Assembly (NCBI RefSeq): GCF_006345805.1
Contig: NC_043013.1
Location: 38,502,001 to 38,566,000 of the forward strand
Direction: 5' to 3'
DNA from: Octopus sinensis
Lineage: Eukaryota
Length of the DNA: 64,000 bases
The notes under the pieces were generated by a model. The model worked only from the letters and a program-made list of their open reading frames with translations. It was not told the origin of the DNA and made no database searches. The position numbers and the translations under genes are program-made. Of this stretch, positions 26,950 through 41,664 are shown in pieces; position 1 is the first letter of the stretch; each line of letters starts with the position of its first letter.

Positions 26950-27320
26950 TATTTTTTATTCTTTCTTGTACGTGACTGCGGTCATGCTGGAGCACCCCTT
27001 GAAGGACCTTAGTTAAAGAATTCAACCGAAGGACTTATTTTTGTTTCTAAGTCTTGTACTTATTCTATCGATCTGTATTGTCGAACCTCTAAGTTACAGC
27101 TACGTAAACGCACCCGTATCGGTTGTCCAGTGGCGATGGGCGTCAAGCACATACACAAAGACACACACACATAAATATATACATATGCATATATACGACG
27201 GTCTTCTTTCAGTTTCCGTTTTCCAGATCCACTCACAAGGCTAGGATTGGCCCGAGGTTATGTTAGAAGACAGCTGCTCAAAATGCCACGCAGTGGAACT
27301 GACCCGCGATTGGGAGCAAG
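26950..27320 (-). mobile_element. tRNA-derived SINE
   Basis: Homologous to 49833-50230; head partly deleted. Confidence 0.8.
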
Positions 27321-27344
27321 CTTCTTACTACATGATTTGCTCAG

Positions 27345-27665
27345 TGATTAGAAAGTTGGGTTTTAACGTCATGTGGTAATGAGTTCGATTATCGAACCGG
27401 ACTGTGCATTGTGTTTTACTGCAAGACACCTTATTTCACGCTGCCACAGTTCGCTCAGCTGAAAAAATGTGTTGCGATGTCACTAGTGCCAAGCTGTATC
27501 AGCCTTTGCCTTTCCCTTTGATAACATCGGTAGCTTGGAGAGGGGAGACTGGTATGCATGGGCAACTACTGGTCTTCCATAAACAACCTTGCCAGGACTT
27601 GTGCCTCGCAGGGTAACATTCTCGGTGCAATCCCATGGTCATTCGTGGCTGAAGGGGTTCTTTAG
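27345..27665 (+). mobile_element. tRNA-derived SINE, second family
   Basis: GCTCAGTGATTAGA..GAGTTCGATTATCG head; homologous to 52125-52470 in reverse (GTGCCAAGCTGTATC..CCTTTCCCTT..AAACAACCTTGCC). Confidence 0.8.
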
Positions 27666-27758
27666 CCTATATTGTTGTTGTTGTTGTTGTTGGCATCCTT
27701 TTTGTCTTGGGAGACAATGGAGTTGCGTATAAATAATCTAGACCGGCTTTTATATGTC

Positions 27759-28161
27759 ACTAGCAGTATCGCCCGGCGTTGATCGGGTTTGTAAGGGAAA
27801 TAACTATATAAGCATCTTTAGAGATTTATAGCCAAAAAATAGCAAAAAAATGCATTAAGAATGGAAAAAAAATGATAGTAAATTTTTTTTTTAAATCGTT
27901 GACTCATCGTAGACATTTTTAGCGAGTTACTTCCCTTATATCATAGCGAAAAAAATGCATCAAAATGGAAAAAATGATGGTAATTTTTTTTTTAAATCGT
28001 AGACTCATCGTAGACGCGCCCTAATACCCAGAAGGGCTCGATATGAATCACGACTATAAGATACCTGGTTTTGGTTAAACTGCACCGCAAAATGTGGGAG
28101 TAGTTAGGAATCTAAATCGTAGGAGACAGACACACAACTTCACTTTTATATATATAAAGAT
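27759..28161 (+). mobile_element. Non-autonomous Helentron-type (HINE/DINE-like) element
   Basis: 5' ACTAGCAGTATCGCCCGGCGTTGATCGGG palindromic start; internal tandem duplication; 3' AGACAGACACACAACTTCACTTTTATATATATAAAGAT. Confidence 0.55.
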
Positions 28162-28164
28162 GTC

Positions 28165-28480
28165 CTAATACATCTCCTGCTGTGGCTGTGTAGTCCTATC
28201 CTGGACAAATACTCCCTCTGGCAGGTGCCGCAAATGTAGCGAAGACTTTGCCTGGCTGGTTGTAATGTCATAGTTTCTTGATGACGTCTTTTTTTGTCTT
28301 TCCATTGCTGCTCTCTCCCTCTGTTACTCCCTTGTGTTCCCTCTTTTACGGTACGTCGCCTATCTCTATGGTTGCTGGCATCTGCTTCCCAGAAGCTAAT
28401 ATTGATGCCGCAGGCCTTCATGTTTCTTTTGCAAACATCCTTGTATCGTATATATACCATATTTACTATGATAATTATAT
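28165..28480 (-). mobile_element. RTE-clade LINE 3' fragment
   Basis: RYKDVCKRNMKACGINISFWEADAS...CGTCQREYLSRIGLHSHSRRC, typical RTE C-terminus with zinc finger. Confidence 0.82.
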
Positions 28481-28967
28481 ACAAAATGAGAATATACAAC
28501 AAATTCAATACGTTTTTGGTTAGCCTCATCTCAGGTCTGATTATACAGACTTTTAGTCTCTTCCATTTGTCTCTTCTGATAAGACGATAAAGTTATGTTT
28601 GAGGTTAATCACATAAGTATATCTACCTTGTCGAGATTCTAACACTGATCGTGCGCGATTAGGACCAAAGACATTCATGCCGAGATGATTTGGCTGTGTT
28701 CTCTCATATATGGATTATACAAGATTTATACGTGAGAACAGTTGTGTGGTTGAGAAATAAGTTAAGCAACCAGCTGGTTTGGGTTCAGTCCGACTGAAAC
28801 AAGTAAAAGAAAAAAATAGACTTTTATTAAAGATTGTATTTTGTGGGAAATTTGCTGCTATGTCTAGTAGTTCAAGCAACGATGCAATTTTTTAAGTTTC
28901 TTTAATTTTGGTGTTAAAATTGTTGTTATTACTGTTGTTTTTGCTTATCTATAGACAACCATTCTTC

Positions 28968-29746
28968 TCTACTCTAGGCACAAGGCCCGAAATTTTGGGG
29001 GAGGAGGCCCGTCGATTAAATCGACCCTAGTACTGGCATTTAATCTATCGACCTTGAAAGGATGAAAGGCAAAGTTGACCACGGAGGAATTTGAAATTAG
29101 AACGTAAAGACAGACGAAACACCGCTAAATATCTCGCCCGGCCTGCTAACATTTCTTATTTCTTTATTGCCCACAAGGAGCCAAACATAGATGATACAAG
29201 CAAGGACAGACAAAGGGATTAAATTGATTACATCTACCCCAGTGCGTTACTGGTACTTAATTTTTCGACCCCGAAAGGATGAAAGGTAAAGTCGACCTCG
29301 GCGGAATTTCAACTGAGAACGTAAAGACAGACGAAATACCGATTTCTTTACTACCCAGAAGGTGCTAAACACAGAGGGAACAAACAAAGGCAAACAAACA
29401 CATTAAGTCGATTATATCGACCCCACTGTGTAACTGGTACTTATTTAATCGACCCCGAAAGGATGAAAGGCAAAGTCGAACTCGGCGGAGTTTGAACTCA
29501 GAACGTAGCGGCAGACGAAATACCTATTTCTTTACTACCCACAAGGGGCTAAACACAGAGACGATAGACAAACGGATTAAGTCGATTATATCGACCCCAG
29601 TGCGAAACTGGTACTTTATTTATCGACCCCGAAAAGATGAAAGGCAAAGTTGACCTCGGCGGAATTTGAACTTAGAACGTAGCGGCAGACGAAATACCGC
29701 TAAGCATTTCGCCCGGCGTGCTAACGTTTCTGCCAGCTCGCCGCCT
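28968..29746 (-). mobile_element. SINE tandem array (head plus three body units, then a partial-head unit with alternative tail)
   Basis: Head at 29700-29746; junctions at about 29520, 29340 and 29150. Confidence 0.9.
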
Positions 29747-30189
29747 CTGTAAGTAGCCATTGATTCAGCAACACTGTAATCAATGACATTCCAGCCATGA
29801 CTCTCCTACTGTGAACGATGTTTTTGCAGTAAAACTTCATCAATGTTTCCTGTTGTTTTTGCCCCTATTCGATTATAGGTCGAGATCTAATTAATTGTTT
29901 GCTCTAGAGAAGTCGAGATATACTTTATAGCGGCTCCAACTGAGGATTCATGTTGTTATAATTGCTAACACTAGTGCCGCTACTGCTGCCACTGCTGCTA
30001 CTGCTGCTGCTTTAGTTGTTGCTATATCTTTGTTTCCAATGACAACCCTCCCCATCTCTCCATCACATTACCTACACCAGTCTGCCTCAGTGATTTGTTA
30101 GCAAGGTCATGAAGCGGAAAGAAAAGTACCGAAATTTTCAGGTAGTTTGATTTTTATGTGCATTCTTTCAATATTTGCCATTCCCGTCT

Positions 30190-30221
30190 GATTTCTACTG
30201 TTATTGTTATTATTATTAACA

Positions 30222-30285
<64 letters not shown>

Positions 30286-30370
30286 TATTATTACTATTAT
30301 TATTATTATTATTGTTATTATTATTATTGGAGCCGTCGCCATCGTCGTCCTCCTCATCATGATGATCATC
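30190..30370. repeat. (ATT)n-rich trinucleotide repeat
   Basis: Direct repeats. Confidence 0.95.
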
Positions 30371-30545
30371 AGCATCACAAGAGTAACCGTTCTTTGGTAT
30401 TTTCCCCCTACCTCCACTCCCTTTTGTAAGATTTACCCTTGTGTGTGGTGATTTTTTTTTAATGTTGCTTCTGTGTACGGTTGTGTTTGCTTTGTGTATT
30501 TTCGTGTGTCGCAGGGCGTATAAATATGTATATATTAACGTAGGC

Positions 30546-30614
<69 letters not shown>

Positions 30615-30645
30615 GTATGTGTACATGTATATATGTGTGTATGTA

Positions 30646-30687
<42 letters not shown>

Positions 30688-30843
30688 AAATATATATGTA
30701 TAAATAAACAGGCATATATAAATATATATATATATATATATTATGTACATACATATGTATACATATACATATGCATATACTTATGCATATGCAAAAATAC
30801 ATACATATATATATGTATATACATATGTACATATATATATGTA

Positions 30844-30890
<47 letters not shown>

Positions 30891-31399
30891 GTACATATAT
30901 ATATGTATGTGCATATATATATATATATATGTATGTATATATGTGTGTATATATAATATATATGTATATATATATACACACAGACACACGCGCACACACA
31001 CACACGCACAGATTTGGATATAAGCGGGTGCGATGCTTTGTGTTTTTGGCGCATCCAAGGGCTTCTTTGAAGCAATGTGGTGTTTTTTTGCGATTATGTG
31101 TGTATATGTTATATATATATATATATCTTAATGCTTACACATATTTCCGCATAAGTTTATGGGTGCTTTTCTGTATGTGTTCTTGTTTTTTCAAGCGCAC
31201 TATATCCGTGCCTGAGATTGTGTGTGTATGTATGATTCTGTACACGTATGGTGTGTGTGTGTGTGTGTGTGTGTGTGTTTATGACTGTGTGAATGTGCAT
31301 AAGTATCTATTTGTTGACATCCTCCCTTTCACTTCTTTTTGTTGTTGATCATGGCATTATAGAGGACAAGATCTTTATATCATTGCCACATTGGGTTGT

Positions 31400-31560
31400 T
31401 GTTACCATTGTTGCTGTTGTTGTTGTTGTTGTTGTCGCTGTTGTTGTTATCGTTGTGGCCTTTTGGAGTCGCTTTTCAGATTAAGACCGATATTACATTT
31501 TTTTTTCACTCTCCTCGCCTCTTATTACATTTCTATGATTGTTTCTCTACCACTACTACT

Positions 31561-31622
<62 letters not shown>

Positions 31623-31679
31623 TTACCACTACTACTACTGCTACTACTACTACTACTACTACTACTTTCATTATCATTG

Positions 31680-31735
<56 letters not shown>
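31400..31735. repeat. (TTG)n/(CTA)n/(ATT)n compound repeat
   Basis: Direct repeats; source of poly-T, poly-Y and poly-L ORFs. Confidence 0.95.
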
Positions 31736-31886
31736 GCCACTATTGTTTGTTGTCATTTTCCTTTGTTTTGTTTCGTTTCATTTGCTGCTTTTTTTTCTTC
31801 ATTTTCTCCAATGTTTCATTTTTTATTTTGTTTGTTATTCTTCTCTTTCACCTTGCGCTTTGCTGTTTTGTGTGTTTGTGTGTGTA

Positions 31887-31958
<72 letters not shown>

Positions 31959-32413
31959 CATATAACTATTTATATATATATTTATAGAAGTGTATATATA
32001 TATATATATACACACACACATATACGTTGTTTTTTTTTGTTCTTTTATTTCTTTTCAATCTTACTGCATCGTTGCTGAAGTGCCAACTCCTCCGGAAGAT
32101 TCTAAAAACATTATCCGAAATCACTCAGATATTTGTTGTGGAATGCAACAGACCGTTACCCATGTTGCCATTTATTGTTGTTCACAATTTATTTTTGCAC
32201 TCCTACTCTCCCAAGCTCTTTTCAATTTTGTTGTTTATGGCACTGCCAATCGTAGTCGTTGGGGAGGACGTAGATTTGAGCGGGAAGGTGTTAGTTTCTG
32301 GTGGGTGTGCTACGGTATTATTTGTATTGCGGAATATATATCTTAAAATATAGGCAAGTATGTATAAAGGTATATATAATTATATATGTACATATGAACG
32401 TGTGTGCGTATAT

Positions 32414-32447
<34 letters not shown>

Positions 32448-32478
32448 GATATATATATATATATATATATTATATATG

Positions 32479-32515
<37 letters not shown>

Positions 32516-34013
32516 ATGTGTATATATATATATATATATAGTACATACATATTATATATTTATATATATATATATATTTGTATGTATATATGCACATATC
32601 TATACATAGATATAGTTAGATAGATATATAAATTAATAGATGCATAAGTGGATACTTATATGTATATATATAATATATATCGAAATCATTATACATATAC
32701 GTCTATATACAGGTATGCACACATGTACATATACATGAATCTCTATATTTTCATAGCTATTGGAGTATATGTATGTGCGTGTGTGTGTACATAAAATGAA
32801 ATGCAAACATTTGTGTGTGTGTATATATACATATATATATGCGTACGTGTGGAAGTATATGTGTGCGTGTCACTATCTACTAATTTTGCACGCGTGTAAA
32901 CCTGCAGGTGTTATTACAATATTCTTCCTCTGTTCACGACAAATCGCATATTTCAAAGTCATGATCACCCCGAAGCTTGAAATATGAAAGCACGCAGAAT
33001 TGTTTGGGGTATATTTTGTGTTTCTATTATATTTATTTTAGCCTCTCCGTTTCTTATTCTCTTCTTTTTTTTATTTCTTTTCCAGTTTCCAGATGAGCTA
33101 CATGTAAGGGATTCTGATGGACAATTTGTCAATGAATCAAATATCTGATACAAACAGAATTTCAATATTTCCTGTAAACTCTGACTTAGATCACTTTATG
33201 CCACATATCTTATTTCTTCATCATAACCTGCAGTAATGTGCTTTTCTCGATCATATTTTTACCAACATTTATGGCGAGAAAATAGATATATCTCGATCCT
33301 GTTCTAATAAGATGTATTTTGTCGAATATTCGATCACATATATTGTATTTACGATACTTAGATACTTAGGTCCTGATACTGTAGAGTGTATTTTTCAATT
33401 TATTTTTTAAATATCCATCTTGTAAGCAGGGATGATATTTTATATTTCCATTATTAGGGGAAATATACTTGACTGAACATTCTTCGCTAACGCTACGATC
33501 ACATTTCTTTTCTTACCGTGCCCCGGGAAAAAGATATCGAATAGAAAAACCGAGAGATGATTTGAACAATATTTTAATTTGATATGAATCTCTGAAGATT
33601 AGGTCAGATTGAATATAATCTAGTTTATTGTAGTTGTGCAACATGAGCATTATTCTGCTGTAGGTACTACATGTCAGGAGAAATATCTAAGCACTTTTCT
33701 GGATGCTATATTCTATAACATATATATATATGCCATTTTGTGGAAGTTGTTAGGAAGACAGTTCGATGTAATTATTCAATGTTAAATAAAAAAAAAAGTA
33801 TAGCACCATGAATATTTAACTTGTTGGTAGGGTTAATATGCTTTCAAGAATGGTACTAGGGTAACTCAAATGTCGCATAAACTAGCTAAAGGCTATGTGT
33901 GTTGTATATTACGATATGCCGCACTGGAGGATTATTTCGTGATTTAATAGATATGCAATTTAAGTAAAACTGAAAAGAAAAACAAAATTTAGAATATTTC
34001 CTCGATGTTGGTT

Positions 34014-34113
34014 NNNNNNNNNNNNNNNNNNNNNNNNNNNNNNNNNNNNNNNNNNNNNNNNNNNNNNNNNNNNNNNNNNNNNNNNNNNNNNNNNNNNNNN
34101 NNNNNNNNNNNNN
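34014..34113. other. Assembly gap (100 N)
   Basis: Run of N of round length, typical of a scaffolding spacer. Confidence 0.98.
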
Positions 34114-34784
34114 AAATACACGAAAAAAGGAAATAACAGGTTCTGACCTGAGACGACCTCATTCATTTTAAAAGTTTTTTATTGATTACAAAAGAGTAGT
34201 AAGTACATGTTTGGCCAACATATAGCAGAAAGCAACTGAATGGGCAGAAGAACTAATAAAATAAAAGCCAAAAAAAAAACAAACAAAAAAAAAGATGTGT
34301 AGATCGGACAGTGAATAATGTTCCCCACGTGATCGTTTATTTGTTTTATCTATCTTGCTGGTGAGGAAGGTTGGATGAATAGATTGGTCCCAGAGGAAGA
34401 GAGACGTGGAAGCAGAGCATTGGTCGGTTCGGCGGGCTCGACCATCTCTGTCTTCCCATATGTATATATATATATACATATAATACATATATATATACAT
34501 ATATATAATATATTATATATATATATAATATATAATATATATATAGATATTATATTATATATATATTATATTATTATATATATATATTGAAATGAGGGAG
34601 AGAGAAAGAAATAGGGGGATCGGTGGTAGGCAAAGAAACAATTAGCAGATGGCCATGTGATTATAGAAACATACAATGGAAACAATGCTACATATGTTTT
34701 CTATACAGGCATACCCATAATCCTAACATTTTAACACACACATACCAGGCACACATACAAACCTACGTACATATAGATTGGTGC

Positions 34785-34838
<54 letters not shown>

Positions 34839-35503
34839 GCGTGTGTGGTATGTTTGTGTCTATATATATATATATATATATACTATTGTAGCACACACAA
34901 AACAACGTGTATCCTATGTTGTGTGCTTTTATTAATTTTGATGCAATATTGTAATATGTACATGCTTAGATATAGAGGTACATATATGTTGTATGTACAC
35001 CGTTCTTTGATAGAGAGATGATAGCATGATTATTGTAAGTAGATGAGAAAGTAAAACTCCATCTCGTCCGCATGTACACGTACATATATATTGGAATGTA
35101 CGTAAGTATAAATACATACGTATATACATAGACTCAGACGTATATATACACAAACATACGTCAAGGAATATGTGTATATGCGTGTATGTGTGTATATATG
35201 TCTCTGTATATGTATGTATATATATATATATATATATATATAAATGACAAAAATTAAGTAGCAAATAGAGAGAGCTTTTTAATGTGGGGTAAGTTATCGA
35301 GTTGATAGAAATAGAATTGTTAATAAGCAGCCTTACTGATCGATCAATAGGGATGGAGATGTACGGTAAAAGATCGATCGGCTAAGATTGATCGATAATC
35401 GTTAAAGAGATACATTAAATGTATGAAGACTGAGTTCGATACGTATGTTCCTGCAGACATTGATGGTTGAAGACGTATAAATAGACTTTTAACTGTATGT
35501 GTA

Positions 35504-35542
<39 letters not shown>

Positions 35543-35789
35543 TATTACATACATATATATAATGTATATATAGGACTGTATGTGTGAATGTATAATATTT
35601 TTAGACACGTGTGTGTTTTGTTTATATACATGCATTTACATTTATATATGCATACATGCATGTAGAAGAGGAACAGGGGTTAAAGAATAAAAGCAAAAAA
35701 GTACGTGTCTATACTTAGTGCTGCATGACCATTCGTATACAGTTGTACGTAGTCACACGCTCATAAACATACGCACACAAACGTTGTGA

Positions 35790-35836
<47 letters not shown>

Positions 35837-36284
35837 TATATATATATATTATATGGAGAGAGAGAGAAGAGAGAGAGAGAGAGAGTGAGAGAGAGAGAGA
35901 GTGATAAATAGATAGATATATGGATAAATAATGAAACAGAGAGCTATAAAAACACAGAAAAAGAAATGGCGAGTAAAAGGCAAATGGATGGCTATACTTA
36001 CGACTATAAGGCGACATCTCAAATGATGTGATCGCTTGCTTGGCTTTGAATCTGGTTTCACATTTTGCCACATTCGACAGACAGTGTGCTGGAAGTTGTC
36101 TTGAAGGTTATTTACATACAACTGCACGAATATATCCCCTACACACATATAAACAATGAACACATACAGACGCATACACACACGCAAACATTATTTTACA
36201 CGTCTACTTATATATATGTGTGTGTGCATGTATATATGGAGATCTATATATCTCACCACTTGATGTTTGTCTTCATATACTCTT

Positions 36285-36498
36285 TTAGTCTTTTACGTGT
36301 TCCAGTCATTTGACTGTGGCTATACTGGAGCACCGCCTTTAATCGAGCAAATCGATACCAGGACTTATTCTTTGTTAGCCTAGTATGTATTCTATCGGAC
36401 TCTTATGCAGAATCGCTAAATTACGGAAACGTAAACACATGAGCATCAGTTGTCAAGCGATGTTGGTGGGTACAAACACAGACACACAAACACACACA

Positions 36499-36545
<47 letters not shown>

Positions 36546-36710
36546 GACGATGGGCTTCTTTCAGTTTCCGTCTACCAAATCCACTCATAAGGCTTTGGTC
36601 GGCCCGAGGCTTTAGTAGAAGACACTTGCCCAAGGTGCCACGCAGTGGGACTGAACCCAGAGCCATACGTTTGGGAAGCAAGCTACTTACCACACAGCCA
36701 TTCCCACGCC
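36285..36710 (-). mobile_element. tRNA-derived SINE, near full length
   Basis: Homologous to 49833-50230. Confidence 0.87.
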
Positions 36711-36954
36711 TATAGATATGTATGTACAAAGTTTCGAGCATACAAACGTAGTCATATACAATAGTAGCTTAGATATACATACATCCGGACTCACTCACGT
36801 ACGTATATAGGTATCAAGAAAAAAAGAAACTTATCATTAATGGCTTCGCTGCAGTTTCCATTAATTTATGATTACATTTGTATGTATTCCTTGTAGAAAG
36901 GGATGTAATTGAGAATTTAAAAACGTAATTGTGCATGAAGATATATGGTATGAA

Positions 36955-37110
36955 AGCGAGTGGTCTAGTGATTATGGCATTTCGTTTGCGATTATATAGC
37001 TAGGGGTTCAATTCCTAGACCGGGCGACGTCTTGTGTCATTGAGCAAGATACTTACTATAACGCTACTCCAAACTATTTTACAGAAAATTAGATTAATAC
37101 CAGTCAAATG
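36955..37110 (+). mobile_element. Decayed tRNA-derived SINE head
   Basis: TGGTCTAGTGATTA..GGGGTTCAATTCCTAGACCGGGCG..TTGAGCAAGATACTT. Confidence 0.6.
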
Positions 37111-37552
37111 CTCTTGCCGCTGTATCCCCTCCGTGCTATCGTAACGTGGATATACAACTGTGAGAATCTAGATAGGGTTTGTACTTAGCGACTATATAGG
37201 TTCCTGAAATAAAAAGTAGAGATAGAATGTTATATCTTACCAAGACGTACTCGCTCGCTATTAACAGTTGGCTTTAAAATGTTTTGCATGACCAATAGAG
37301 TTTAAGCGATTAAGCAAATTAATACGAAAATATATATTCCTCGGAACTAGTTTGGTGTGTAGAAATTTATTTGATAAGGTGATGTAGTTTCAATTCCATA
37401 GTAAATTTGATTTGAATTTTTTATATCTTTTATAATAACGATGTTAAGTTAAGATTATAATTGAAATTTTACATTTAGACTGCTTGAAATTTTAAAAGAT
37501 TATATTTACCCTTATACTGAATTTCATTTATACTTATACTTATTTTAGTGGA

Positions 37553-37770
37553 GGCACATGGCCTAGTGGTTAGAGCAGCGGACTCGCGATCGAGGGATCA
37601 CGGTTTCGAATCTCAGACCGGGCGATGTGTGTGTTTATGAGTGAAACACCTAAGCTCCACGCGGTTCTGGCAGAAGGACCCGCGTCCCGTCCAGTTCGGG
37701 ATCCTATAAGCAAAGGAAGCTGGGAAACCGGCCCTATGAGCCAGGAGTGGCTCGAGAATGAGTAAACAAT
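37553..37770 (+). mobile_element. tRNA-derived SINE (internally deleted)
   Basis: A box TGGCCTAGTGGTTAG, B box GGTTTCGAATCTC, then non-tRNA body. Confidence 0.75.
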
Positions 37771-38207
37771 ACTTAATTTATTTACACTTAAAGTTACCGC
37801 TAATCACCACAACTTATCGGCTAGTTACAGACTGGCTTGCAAAAATAAATTATCAATTTATTTTTGTCGTTCTTTCCTAACTATCTACTGGAGAAGCTTA
37901 AATACGATTTTAGCACAAAAATTTGCTTTGTGTGCGGAAACAGATATATTATGGGAGGTAAGGCGCAATACACTGAACAGAAATTCGATTTGAGATGAAA
38001 AGAGATGAAAATGTTTAAACACATTAGGGATTCTTAGCACTGGTATTTTAGCATATAAGTTCTCCAGAAATATTCTGCTCTGTGGGAATCCTTACTAAAT
38101 CAATTAATTCTAGAATATGATACCAATTTCATCGTAAATTCTGTCCTGATGTTTATAGCACAGCTATGAGCCTGTATGTTTATATATTCATATTTTTCAT
38201 ACACATA

Positions 38208-38325
<118 letters not shown>

Positions 38326-38332
38326 ATATCTA

Positions 38333-38392
<60 letters not shown>

Positions 38393-38932
38393 ATATATAT
38401 ATCTACCTATCTATCTTAGTACAACGTATCATACTACAACTTGCAGCTCTAGTGGGATTGATAGTTGATATAGTAGTGATAGCAATTATACTTCAATTAC
38501 CTCAAGTTCTACTGCTAACACATTCACCTTTACAAATCACTACTAATTTTAGTATAATTCGAATACCATAGTATTGTTGATTGTAAATAGTGTTCTTTAT
38601 TTCTGTTCTTTATGTACTGCACATCGGCTCCTTCTTCAACAGTTGCATATCATTGTTTTTTTTTCTCTGAGAAGATGAAATTATTTCTTTAGTCACTCAG
38701 TTCTAGGATAGATAACGTCTGAGATCTCCTACGACTCAGTACATGGCATGAGGATGAAAGGGAGAAAGAGACATACAGCGAGGAGAATTGCTTGTAGTAC
38801 TTGTTTGTTATTTAATACTATGAACGGCGAGACAAAACTGTTATCAGTGGGATTGGAGCTCGAAGCACATAGACCCAGAACAAAAAATTTAATATCATAA
38901 CAGAAATGATGTCTACCACCATATATCTATCC

Positions 38933-38982
<50 letters not shown>

Positions 38983-39018
38983 ATATATATATATATCTAT
39001 ATATCTATATATATATAC

Positions 39019-39100
<82 letters not shown>

Positions 39101-39149
39101 TGTGTGTGTGTGTGGTGTGTGTGTGGTGTGGTGTGGTGAATAGATTGTC

Positions 39150-39600
39150 GTCCACATTACGCAGAAGAATGAAAATAACACTGACAGCTCATATTAGCAG
39201 ATATATTTACCAAGTTAATATTAAAATGTCTTGAAATACTAAAGAGTAAATTTATTCAATAAGATCGCCAGTGACTTCAACCACGGCCTCCAGGCGACTT
39301 CGAAAGCTTCTGCAACTCTTCTGGACGGTCTCCTTGTTTAAGTTGGTGAGTGCTGCCATAATCCTTGCCTTCAGTTCATCTTTGGTGTTACAAGGTGTTT
39401 TGTTCGTCTCTCGCTCAACTGTGTCCCACACATAATGGTCAAGGGGTTTGCAGTCTGGGGAGTTAGGTGGTCGCAGAAATTGTCTGACAGCCATGACTGG
39501 GTTCTCCCTTTTGCGTGGCGAAATACAGAGTCCTGTTGCCATACATAGGAACTTCCAGCAGCTACCCTGTTGATCCAGAGCAGTATTACACTTAAATGCA
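39150..39600 (-). mobile_element. Tc1/mariner superfamily (maT/DD37D-like) transposase C-terminal fragment
   Basis: WQQDS..H..KRTQSWL and PPNSPDCKPLDHYVWDTVERETNKTPCNTKDELKARI..FRSRLEAVVEVTGDLIE*. Confidence 0.82.
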
Positions 39601-39621
39601 TGCAAGCAAGTATACATAAAT

Positions 39622-39667
<46 letters not shown>

Positions 39668-40842
39668 ACCCTATAGAACCATGTATTTATACATACTATT
39701 ATGTAAATATACACACGTATTGACTTGACAGAGACAATATTCATATATCGCCTGAGGAAACAAAACTAGATCTCATATTGCAGAGAAACGGTTACGTGAC
39801 CAAATACTTGCAAGCTTGGAGAATTACGTTGCGTAGAAACAACTGTAGTGATTACAAATAAATGTCCAGCCGTACACCTTCTTGTTGACTCCAACTTATT
39901 CATATACACACGTATATATATTCACATAGAACTGTACAAATATCTTGCTACATGTGTTTATGTTTGTACGTGTGCGTGTGAGTGTGTGTATTTGCATATG
40001 TACATAGGTACATATGTGTGCGTATAAGTGAGCTTGTTTGTCCATGTATGCGTGCATTCTCCTGCTATAATCATCAGCGTGTTTCTAATGATTACGATAA
40101 TTGTTATATATCGAACTTCTAGTATATCTTGCATATTTTTACTGTTTCGCTTACAGATTTACCTATGATTTTATGCTCGTATTTTTGCACACAAATAGGC
40201 ATATATGTATGCAACAATATATTTACTATGTACATATATATTCAATTATATATTTGCTGTGAGCCTATACATCTAAGACTATTGCTGGCCAGCTAACGCT
40301 TTCTGTATGCGGCACGTCTCTCATTCCCAAATACACTTACAAACTTTTGTCTTGAATCCAACATTCTGTGTCTGTTCTATATCATATATATTCACTAGAA
40401 GAAGTCGAGAGGAAATAAAGAAAAAAAAAAGTATTACTGAGACTACAATAACAACTAAATCAAGAAATACAACAGCAACCCCGCCGCCAAAAAAAAAAAA
40501 AGTATATATATATGTAAATATATAAAGATCATTGCTGCGAGGAGGTATAGAAATAATTGTGTATGGCATTTTCACTGCATTAGTGTATGAATTGTTTCTG
40601 TGCTTATTCATAGATATGCAGGGATATTTCTGGCAGCGTGCTTAGAGGTAAGATCCTCTTTTCGTTTCTGGTGATTAAACACATATGGTAACTAGGTGTG
40701 GTGTACACAGCAGATACTTAACGTTTCTTTCATGATTGACGGTCAGTTAGAGGACAGGCTAACTTATCTGGCTGTATTTTTCCACAGAGTATGCCAAGAA
40801 CATGGCAAACAAATAATACTTATACATACACGCACACACATA

Positions 40843-40947
<105 letters not shown>

Positions 40948-41058
40948 GTATATATGTATGTATATATGTATATATTATATAAATATATATATACATATAT
41001 AATATATATATATACATATATATTTGTATTTATATTTATATATTAATAAATATATGTT

Positions 41059-41127
<69 letters not shown>

Positions 41128-41576
41128 ATATATACATACTTTACAGATATGCATGCACACGCACGCGCGCGGAAACGTACATATACACGCACACAGAAAT
41201 ACAGCTAGTTATATATACCGGATTGAAACAACGACACAACGTCCTTTAGAATCGCACGCACATATACATATGTACAGATATAAACACATATGCTTACACA
41301 TAAACGAATATACACACACATAAACATATTTAGATATAGTTATGGAAGAATATGTGCCGTTAGAGCGTTAACATTCATATATGTATATATTATATTTCAT
41401 AAGACAAAACTACATAAAGTGATTGTGTGTGTGCGTGCGCGCGAGTGTATACATGTGTGCGCGTGTGTTTGTGTCTGCATACTCCCATGGAGATTTGTTT
41501 TATAACAAAATATATACACTCGTGCGCATATATGCATTTATATATGCATCTGCTTACATATTTTCATGCCTGTAAT

Positions 41577-41664
<88 letters not shown>

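Noticed and set aside
37553-37625. Possible tRNA gene
   Set aside because: A and B boxes are present but the sequence continues into a SINE body with no convincing acceptor stem; treated as a SINE head.
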